From NCBI GenBank assembly GCA_030603365.1, contig JAUVXV010000014.1:1-64000 (forward strand): 64,000 nt of DNA, in the 5' to 3' direction. Position 1 is the stretch's first letter. The number at the start of each line of letters is the position of its first letter. The stretch is from Candidatus Heimdallarchaeota archaeon. Its GTDB lineage: Archaea > Asgardarchaeota > Heimdallarchaeia > Heimdallarchaeales > Heimdallarchaeaceae. Shown piece after piece: positions 57,078 to 64,000 of the stretch. The position numbers were made by a program, and so were the translations under genes. Below the pieces are notes generated by a model. The model was not told where the DNA came from, searched no databases, and was given only the letters and a program-made list of their open reading frames with translations.

Positions 57078-58187
57078 ATGGTATTACTTGATGTCAAAAA
57101 TCTTAGAACTTATTTCGATACTAAACTTGGTTCAGTGAAAGCTGTTGACGATGTCAGTTTTCAATTGAAAAGAGGAGAGGTTCTTGGTCTCGCGGGTGAA
57201 TCAGGATGTGGAAAAACAACAACCTGTCTTTCTATTATGCGTATGATTGAATCTCCTGGCAGAATCTTAGGTGGTGAAATTAGTTATGAATTTACACCTT
57301 CAGTTATAAAATCATATGATGGATTTTATGACAGATATTTGTATGATAAAGTAAAACCTGCTAGGGAAAGTAAAAAAGAATCCACCTTATTTGATGAAGC
57401 TGTTATTGATAACATTCTCTTAAAAAGAGGTATAAAAGATAGATCTAACAATTTATTAGATTTAACTGAAGCAGAAATGAGAAGAATCAGAGGTAAACAT
57501 ATTGCTATGATATTTCAAGGAGCTATGAATGCGCTTAATCCTGTTCATAGAGTAGGAAACCAGATAAAAGAAGCAATTATCATTCATAACCCAGATATTG
57601 ACTACAAAGAAGCTTGGAGTAAGGTAATAAATATCTTAGAGACGGTAGGAATAGATTCTTCCAGGGCCAGAGATTACCCTCATCAATTAAGTGGAGGAAT
57701 GAAACAGAGAGCATTGATAGCAATGGCACTTGTTAATAATCCACAGATTGTTATTGCAGACGAACCAGTAACAGCACTGGATGTAATCGTTCAATCTCAG
57801 GTTCTTAAAGCTACGAAGGAATTACAAAGACAATTTGATCTATCCATGATAATGATTACTCATGATCTCTCAGTTATAGCAGAAGTATGTGAAACACTTG
57901 CTATTATGTATGCAGGCAGGATGGTGGAATATGGAAAACTAAGGGACGTTTACAAAGAACCATTACATCCATATACAGAAGCACTAATAAGTGCGTTTCC
58001 AAGCATAACAGGTCCAAAAACAGAACTTTATGATATCGGAGGACTACCTCCAGACTTGAGAAATCCCCCTAGTGGTTGTCGATTTCATCCAAGATGCTCT
58101 AAAGTTATGCCAATCTGCAGTAAAGAAGCACCTAGAACAACAAAAATTAGAGATGGATATGTCTTATGTCATTTATATCAAGATTAG
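57078..58187 (+). CDS. oppD: Peptide ABC transporter ATPase
   Basis: GESGCGKT, LSGGMKQR, IADEP, HPYT and PPSGCRFHPRC. Confidence 0.95.
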   Translation: MVLLDVKNLRTYFDTKLGSVKAVDDVSFQLKRGEVLGLAGESGCGKTTTCLSIMRMIESPGRILGGEISYEFTPSVIKSYDGFYDRYLYDKVKPARESKKESTLFDEAVIDNILLKRGIKDRSNNLLDLTEAEMRRIRGKHIAMIFQGAMNALNPVHRVGNQIKEAIIIHNPDIDYKEAWSKVINILETVGIDSSRARDYPHQLSGGMKQRALIAMALVNNPQIVIADEPVTALDVIVQSQVLKATKELQRQFDLSMIMITHDLSVIAEVCETLAIMYAGRMVEYGKLRDVYKEPLHPYTEALISAFPSITGPKTELYDIGGLPPDLRNPPSGCRFHPRCSKVMPICSKEAPRTTKIRDGYVLCHLYQD

Positions 58188-58199
58188 GAGAGGAAAAAG

Positions 58200-59309
58200 A
58201 TGTCTGAAAGTGAAGTGGTAATTGAAACTATAAATCTGAAAAAACTCTTCCCAATATATGGAACCATATTTAAAACAGTCACTGGTGGACAACAACATGT
58301 TCATGCTGTTGATGGAGTTTCTTTTAAAATATATAAAGGTGAAACTTTTGGTCTTGTAGGAGAAAGTGGGTGCGGAAAATCAACCACAGGTTTACTAATC
58401 CTTCAGCTTTTAGATAGAACAAGTGGAGAGATTTACTTCAAGGGAATTGAAACTTCTGAATATACCAGGAAACAATTGTTGTTAGGTTCGATTGAGAGCT
58501 TTGGTAAATTTCTTATTCGTAAAAGAAAATGGGAAGAAGTAAAAGAAACATATAAACAATATTCTTCACAAGTAAAATTATTTAGAAAGAACATACAAAT
58601 AGTTTTTCAGAATCCGTATGAATCTCTAAGTCCTCGTTTCAATGTTCTAGATACAATTGCAGAACCTTTAAGATTAATGAATATAATTGAAGATGAAGCT
58701 GAACTTGAAAAAGTGGTTATTAGTGAATTGGAGGAAGTGGGGCTTATACCAGCAACAGATTTTCTGGATAGATACCCACATGAACTTAGTGGAGGACAAA
58801 GACAAAGAGTTGGTGTAGCTAGAGCGTTTATTTTAGATCCAGAATTCGTTGTAGCGGATGAACCAGTTTCTATGCTTGATGTTTCTATTCGAGTTGGAGT
58901 TCTAAAGATTATGCGTGAGTTAACTGTAAGAAGAGGAACAGGTTTTCTTTTCATTACACATGATCTCGCTCTTGCACGGCATATGTGTGACAGAATAGCT
59001 GTAATGTATTTAGGTAGAATTGTTGAACAAGGGCCAACTGAGGAGCTCATTAGAAAGCCATTACATCCTTATACAAAAGCTCTCATCAAAGCAGTACCTA
59101 CTGCAGATCCAGATGCAAGACGAACAGAAGATCTTCCAATTACTGGTGAAGTTCCAAGTGGTATAGATATTCCAATGGGATGTAGGTTCCATCCTAGATG
59201 TCCTTATGTAGTAGATGAATGTAAACAAACAGATCCTGCTTTAGAGCAAGCTAAAGGAAATCATCTTGTGGCTTGTATCAGGTTCAAAGAAATAAACGAT
59301 TTGAAATAA
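58200..59309 (+). CDS. oppF: Peptide ABC transporter ATPase
   Basis: AVDGVSF, GESGCGKST, LSGGQRQR, ADEPVSMLD and GCRFHPRCP. Confidence 0.95.
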   Translation: MSESEVVIETINLKKLFPIYGTIFKTVTGGQQHVHAVDGVSFKIYKGETFGLVGESGCGKSTTGLLILQLLDRTSGEIYFKGIETSEYTRKQLLLGSIESFGKFLIRKRKWEEVKETYKQYSSQVKLFRKNIQIVFQNPYESLSPRFNVLDTIAEPLRLMNIIEDEAELEKVVISELEEVGLIPATDFLDRYPHELSGGQRQRVGVARAFILDPEFVVADEPVSMLDVSIRVGVLKIMRELTVRRGTGFLFITHDLALARHMCDRIAVMYLGRIVEQGPTEELIRKPLHPYTKALIKAVPTADPDARRTEDLPITGEVPSGIDIPMGCRFHPRCPYVVDECKQTDPALEQAKGNHLVACIRFKEINDLK

Positions 59310-59325
59310 AGAATGAAGACAAGAA

Positions 59326-61515
59326 GTGATGAAATTGAGCAGTGAATTCATCAAAAAACTAAATGATTACATGTTTAAAGCAGACTACAAGAAAGCATAT
59401 GATGAAATCGAAAAAACTCAAGCAGACAGATCATATTCAGAAGAAGAACTGTTAATATTGGATTATAAAAGATGCCTAATTCTAAGATATCTTGGTGAGT
59501 TTGAAAAAGTAATTCAAATTTCAAAAACTACTCAAGCAAAAGCAATTAATCAAGCAAACGATCTTGTTCAAATCGATTCCTTGATTTTGGAGATATTTTC
59601 CCATTACAGACTTAATAGGATTGAGCTTGTCCAAAACCTATTAGATAAAGCTGAGTGTCTGTTATCAAAAATTAAAGATAAAGAGATTCCTATAAGAAGA
59701 ACTAAATTGTTGACATACAGGGTTTATGCTTGTATCGCAGAAGGTGAGTTTGAAAGAGCTCAAATTCTTGCTCAAGAAAATTTTACTCTAAGTAGGGAAC
59801 AAAATAATCCTGAACTCATAGCATCTGCATATTATGTCAATGGTTGGGTGAGCATGCATAAAGGCGAGTTGTCAGATGCTATATACAATTACCATGAGAG
59901 TTTAACTATTAGAGAAAAACTCAACAATCACCCATATGATTTAGCTCATTCTTTGTTCGGTCTGGGATATGGTTATAAGAACATAGGTGATTTGGATAAA
60001 GCATATTCGTGTCTTAGTCGATGCAAAGAAATCCGTGAAAAAATAGGTAATCAACAAGACATAGCTTGGACTTTGCTAAACCTTGGAGATGTTTTTTACC
60101 AAAAGAACGAAGTTAAAAAAGCTCAAGAATTTTATGATCATTCTTTGATAATCAATCGTATGATGAACTATACCTTCGGTATTATTTTTTCATTAAGACG
60201 TTTAAGTTCCGTTTATGAGAGTATGAAGGAACCTCAACTAGTAATAGACACACTTGAGAAAGCACTTGAATTTGCAAAGCAGCTAGAAGATGTGGACCCA
60301 GAAGTATACACATTGTTCGATTTGATAAAATACGATATTGAAAACAAACTTGATTCAAATAAGCTCAAAAGCTACCTTTCAAGTTTGAAAAACATAAATC
60401 AGAGGTACAATAACAGAATATTTGATCAGATTTATAGACTCGCCCAAGCCTTAATATTTAACTCAGAAGCTGATAAAAGAAGTCAACTGAAAGCTAGAAA
60501 TCTATTTCGAGAGATTACTGAGGAAGAGATTATGAATTTTGATTACACTCGAATTGCAATGCAGAGATACAGTAAACTGCTTGCAGAGGAATTGAATAGA
60601 TATCTAAGTGATGAGAGTTTATCAAGCCAATTAACAGATCTCTCAGAGAGTATTAATCCAGTAGTGCTCTATAGATCATATTCTATGGTTGCAGAAAATT
60701 TTCTTGATTTGAGTCAAATAGCACTCGAGGAGATTGACATTGATAAAGCTAGAGAGTTATTGAAACGAGCTCAATATCTATGTGATTTTCTAAACTTATA
60801 CAATAAAGGTTCTACTCCTTTCAGGATAATTTATTCATTATTTGTTAAAGAGAGAAACTTAAACGAATTAAGCAAATTTCTAAAGATAACTAAAGGTGCT
60901 TTAAGCAGTCAATTAAAACTTCTAATAGATTTAGACATTGTTAAAATTTCTAGAGAAGAGCAAATAAGATCTGCAACTATGCTCAAAAAATATTACTCCT
61001 TAGGTAACAAAGGTTTTGAATTATTACAACCTTTAAACCTAGAGTTATATAATAGTCTGAATCTCAAAGAGACAAATTCCGATCACTTAGTTGATACTCT
61101 GATGAAACCTAGATTATTGACAAAGATAATTAGAGATGCGACAATACTAACTGATAACTTTCAGAATTTCTTTGAAGAACAAGTTCTTATGAAACCTTCG
61201 AAACCAACAGATGAAGGTTTGAGTGATAAAAACCTTGAAGATGTTAAGAAAATCTTTAGTCAATCAATTGATGTTCAGGTTGAACAATTTCTGCTTTCAG
61301 AAAAACAATATCAAACATATAAGAAACTATGGAAGGAATTTTCTGAAAAGATAAAATCAGAGATTATTAAGGAAAACATTGATTCTGCTGAATACCATGC
61401 AACAGAAAAGCCAATTTATGTTGCTAATCTAGTTCTTCCAATCAGTGATTTAATGGAACTTGAAAGATATCAGCTTAAGAAACGAAAGCAAAATGAGAAA
61501 TCTAATGAAGAATAG
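59326..61515 (+). CDS. TPR-repeat protein with C-terminal winged HTH (putative transcription regulator)
   Basis: TPR units (A.SL.GLG..Y...GDLDKA, IAWTLLNLGDVF), then LNELSKFLKITKGALSSQLKLLIDLDIV...KKYYSL (ArsR-like wHTH). Confidence 0.85.
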   Translation: MMKLSSEFIKKLNDYMFKADYKKAYDEIEKTQADRSYSEEELLILDYKRCLILRYLGEFEKVIQISKTTQAKAINQANDLVQIDSLILEIFSHYRLNRIELVQNLLDKAECLLSKIKDKEIPIRRTKLLTYRVYACIAEGEFERAQILAQENFTLSREQNNPELIASAYYVNGWVSMHKGELSDAIYNYHESLTIREKLNNHPYDLAHSLFGLGYGYKNIGDLDKAYSCLSRCKEIREKIGNQQDIAWTLLNLGDVFYQKNEVKKAQEFYDHSLIINRMMNYTFGIIFSLRRLSSVYESMKEPQLVIDTLEKALEFAKQLEDVDPEVYTLFDLIKYDIENKLDSNKLKSYLSSLKNINQRYNNRIFDQIYRLAQALIFNSEADKRSQLKARNLFREITEEEIMNFDYTRIAMQRYSKLLAEELNRYLSDESLSSQLTDLSESINPVVLYRSYSMVAENFLDLSQIALEEIDIDKARELLKRAQYLCDFLNLYNKGSTPFRIIYSLFVKERNLNELSKFLKITKGALSSQLKLLIDLDIVKISREEQIRSATMLKKYYSLGNKGFELLQPLNLELYNSLNLKETNSDHLVDTLMKPRLLTKIIRDATILTDNFQNFFEEQVLMKPSKPTDEGLSDKNLEDVKKIFSQSIDVQVEQFLLSEKQYQTYKKLWKEFSEKIKSEIIKENIDSAEYHATEKPIYVANLVLPISDLMELERYQLKKRKQNEKSNEE

Positions 61516-61527
61516 TTGCTTTCTAGT

Positions 61528-62571
61528 CTACTTCTTTGGCTTTAAAGATCTTCTAAATGCTAGTAATCCTTCTACAACTACAAAGATAAGTGATGAATAA
61601 CTTAAAAACACATTTAGAATAATACGATGATAAAGATCATATGTTCTATCATTTCTCAAATTATAATATATCAAAATATCACCAAGTCTATAGAAAGGTG
61701 AAAAAAAGTCATAGAATTTATTATATTCGAATTCTCCATGTCTTTCAATCCCAAACTGATTTATGATGATTTCTGTTTTGTGAGATCTTAGAGCATTCAT
61801 AACAGCTTCTTCTGAAAAAGAAGAAATATTAAGAGCTGTCCATGCATGTACCCTTCCACCATCTTCTTTTTGAGGAGAATGCATATCTGTTCCAGTAATC
61901 ATTCCAATTGAATCATTGTTCTCTTGAACAAAGTAATATGAATCTTCATCAAAATCAACACCATTTATTACCTCAATGAAATCTACTCCCCAGCTCATTA
62001 GAACATAATTTGGAGGGATATACTCTTCAACAAATCTTCTTGTATATTCTGGGTGGTTAAAAGTTACTGTTCCATTTTGTCTGTGAACTTCATCTATTGC
62101 TTGCTTGATATCTACATTTGTTGGATTTCTTGGTATTTTTAAATTCCATTCTTTAATACCTATGAAATTGAGGTGTACAGTATTAGTTGTCCATTCCATT
62201 CCTTGAATTATGATACACTTATTGGCATATTCAGAAGCTAATATTTGAATTTCATCTGCATTTTTCAGTGTATTATGATCTGTTATAACAACAGCTGTAA
62301 AACCAAGAGCTAAGTGCCATTCTATGTTTTGCTTGAGAGTTAGTTTTCCATCACTATATTTTGAGTGTGAATGTTGATCGAGCAATATATCATAAATTAT
62401 ATCGGTTTGAGGATTGAAAGGAACTGAATTTTCCCAACTATCATCAGAGTAGATATACCTTGGTGCTCCAAAAACTCTAGTTAACACACTAGCACCCAAG
62501 ATAATTCCTACTATAATTACAAATATTAATAGATGAACTGCTATAATTCGGAAATTCTTCAAAAATCCCAT
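61528..62571 (-). CDS. PHP-domain metallohydrolase with N- and C-terminal TMs
   Basis: DQHSHSKYSDG, ITDHN, GMEWT, FNHP, IEVING and GTDMH. Confidence 0.88.
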   Translation of the reverse strand: MGFLKNFRIIAVHLLIFVIIVGIILGASVLTRVFGAPRYIYSDDSWENSVPFNPQTDIIYDILLDQHSHSKYSDGKLTLKQNIEWHLALGFTAVVITDHNTLKNADEIQILASEYANKCIIIQGMEWTTNTVHLNFIGIKEWNLKIPRNPTNVDIKQAIDEVHRQNGTVTFNHPEYTRRFVEEYIPPNYVLMSWGVDFIEVINGVDFDEDSYYFVQENNDSIGMITGTDMHSPQKEDGGRVHAWTALNISSFSEEAVMNALRSHKTEIIINQFGIERHGEFEYNKFYDFFSPFYRLGDILIYYNLRNDRTYDLYHRIILNVFLSYSSLIFVVVEGLLAFRRSLKPKK

Positions 62572-62639
62572 CTAAAAAATAGATTAGATAGGACTTAAAA
62601 AATATTAGTATAAATCAAAAATGTTGGTAAAAGAAAGAA

Positions 62640-63023
62640 TTACTCATGCTTCTTTCTATGTTGTTCGTGAAATTGTTTCAGGACATTAGATACTTCGGCA
62701 ATAAAATCTACCTTCATTGCAGCAGTTTCATAGAACCTAGCTAGTTTGTTTTCTGAAAGAACAATTGAATCTTCTTCATTGATTTTGTATTCAGAAATCT
62801 CAAAATCAACAATGGGTTCTAGAATCATTTCTGTTGTATTTTCACGACGAAGTCGTTTTAGTTTCTTTATTCTCTTTCGAAATTCTGTAATTTTAGTTTC
62901 ATGAGTAATGTCTTCTTCCGCTGTATAGAGATCCAGCACGTTAGATTCCAGTTCAATAGCAAACTTCAGTATTGCTCCAAGTGTTCCTAGGTTCATAATT
63001 TCACCAAATTCTTCTAAAACCAT
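62640..63023 (-). CDS. Ferritin-like/rubrerythrin-like small protein; start uncertain
   Basis: LKFAIELE..V.DLY, RRENTTEMILEPI and E....FY..AA. Overlaps the mmsA stop, suggesting coupling. Confidence 0.65.
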   Translation of the reverse strand: MVLEEFGEIMNLGTLGAILKFAIELESNVLDLYTAEEDITHETKITEFRKRIKKLKRLRRENTTEMILEPIVDFEISEYKINEEDSIVLSENKLARFYETAAMKVDFIAEVSNVLKQFHEQHRKKHE

Positions 63024-64000
63024 CTAGTAATAACTACTTTTTCTTCTGTGAAGAAGTCTACAGCATTTTTACCCTGTCCATGAAGATCTCCTTTGAAACT
63101 ATCCTTCATTCCAGAAAATGGAAAAGAGGATATTGGAGCAGCTACACCTATGTTTATACCAATATTACCTGCTTTAACTCTATACTGATATTCTCTTGCT
63201 GATTTACCACTCGATGTAAATATTGAGGAGGCATTGCCATATGGATTTTTGTGTATAATATCAATAGCTTCATCTAGATTTTGTACTTGTATGATTGGAA
63301 TTACAGGACCAAAAATCTCCTCTTGAGCTATAGTCATTTCAGGAGTAACTTTATCGAAAATTGTGGGCCCTACAAAATATCCATTCTTTAATTTATCTTC
63401 AACTTCAACATCTCTTCCATCTAAGATCAATTCAGCTCCTTCTTCAATTCCTTTTTGGATATATTTCAAGACATTATTCTTACCAACTTCGGAGGCTAAT
63501 GGACCCATCTGGACATCGTCTTCAAGACCATACCCTATCTTTAGTTTCTTAGCTGATTCTAAAATAGCATCTCGTAAAGGCTCATAAATTTCTCCAACCA
63601 CTAATAATACTCCACCAGCAAGGCATCTTTGTCCTGAATTACCATAGAATGTTGTAATAAGATTTGGAACAGTTCTTTCTAGATTTGCATCAGGCATTAC
63701 TGTTATGAAATTCTTTGCTCCACCTTGAACTTGAACTCTTTTTCCTTCCTCTCCACATTTCTTATAGAGAAGTTTACCAACTTTTGTAGAACCAACAAAT
63801 GAAAGACCAACGGTATCTGGACTTTCAATAAGTGTGTTTACAACTTCTGCTCCTCCATGTACCATATTTATCACACCATCTGGCAACCCTAAATCATCAA
63901 GAAGCTCAAACTGCTTAGCCATAGTCATAGGGCATTGTTCAGAAGGTTTCACAATGTAGGTATTTCCAGTAGCAATTGCATAAGGCCAGAACCATGAAGG
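63014..64000 (-). CDS. mmsA: CoA-acylating methylmalonate-semialdehyde dehydrogenase, 5'-truncated by the window edge
   Basis: Frame open to 64000 (PSWFWPYAIATGNTYIVKPSE). Contains SFVGST, KRVQVQGGAKN, GQRCLA, EEIFGPV, YGNASSIFT and FSGMKDSFKGDLH. Confidence 0.93.
   Translation of the reverse strand, partial: PSWFWPYAIATGNTYIVKPSEQCPMTMAKQFELLDDLGLPDGVINMVHGGAEVVNTLIESPDTVGLSFVGSTKVGKLLYKKCGEEGKRVQVQGGAKNFITVMPDANLERTVPNLITTFYGNSGQRCLAGGVLLVVGEIYEPLRDAILESAKKLKIGYGLEDDVQMGPLASEVGKNNVLKYIQKGIEEGAELILDGRDVEVEDKLKNGYFVGPTIFDKVTPEMTIAQEEIFGPVIPIIQVQNLDEAIDIIHKNPYGNASSIFTSSGKSAREYQYRVKAGNIGINIGVAAPISSFPFSGMKDSFKGDLHGQGKNAVDFFTEEKVVITRWF

Noticed and set aside
352-63587. Numerous 60-160-aa ORFs antisense to or nested in long genes (e.g. 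17979-18317, 20496-20969, 29363-29833, 30164-30556, 58607-59050)
   Set aside because: Shadow frames of well-supported genes, with no independent motifs.
1-64000. tRNA or rRNA genes
   Set aside because: No GC-rich cloverleaf or rRNA-like segment was seen by eye; a tRNAscan-SE/Infernal run would be needed to exclude them formally.

Overview
AT-rich archaeal chromosomal DNA. The archaeal PoK/PPS CoA pathway, BRE/TATA promoters, NosD-repeat and C-terminally anchored surface proteins, a TPR-wHTH regulator and PlsY together suggest an Asgard archaeon, probably Heimdallarchaeia; this assignment is inferred. Most of the window is metabolic: a CoA biosynthesis cluster (pps, panB, pok, panE, coaBC), ferritin, korAB with DASS and AEC transporters, two S9 peptidases, MMPL, PlsY, Eis, an Opp/Dpp ABC operon and a partial mmsA. 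The most notable signals are: (1) Two paralogous membrane-anchored regulators (extracellular domain, TM, wHTH), each upstream of a surface-protein gene. Both target promoters carry the identical 13-mer ATATCTCATATAT at the same 31-nt distance from the ATG, next to phased 10-11-bp direct repeats. (2) A 4.4-kb island integrated into the 3' end of a protein-coding gene, with an 87-bp duplication showing mostly synonymous divergence. It carries a subtilase and a decayed tyrosine-integrase tail that reads in frame into the duplicated segment. (3) A twice-occurring ATGTTTAG-N15-CTAAACAT operator at the peptide ABC operon, which ends in a TPR-wHTH regulator and has unusually expanded permeases and ATPases. 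(4) A frameshifted TnpB with the rearranged (Fanzor-type) RuvC site and a structured 3' end. (5) An orphan CcrM/M.HinfI-like methyltransferase. No tRNA, rRNA or CRISPR array was seen. All calls come from reading the sequence by eye; no searches were run.
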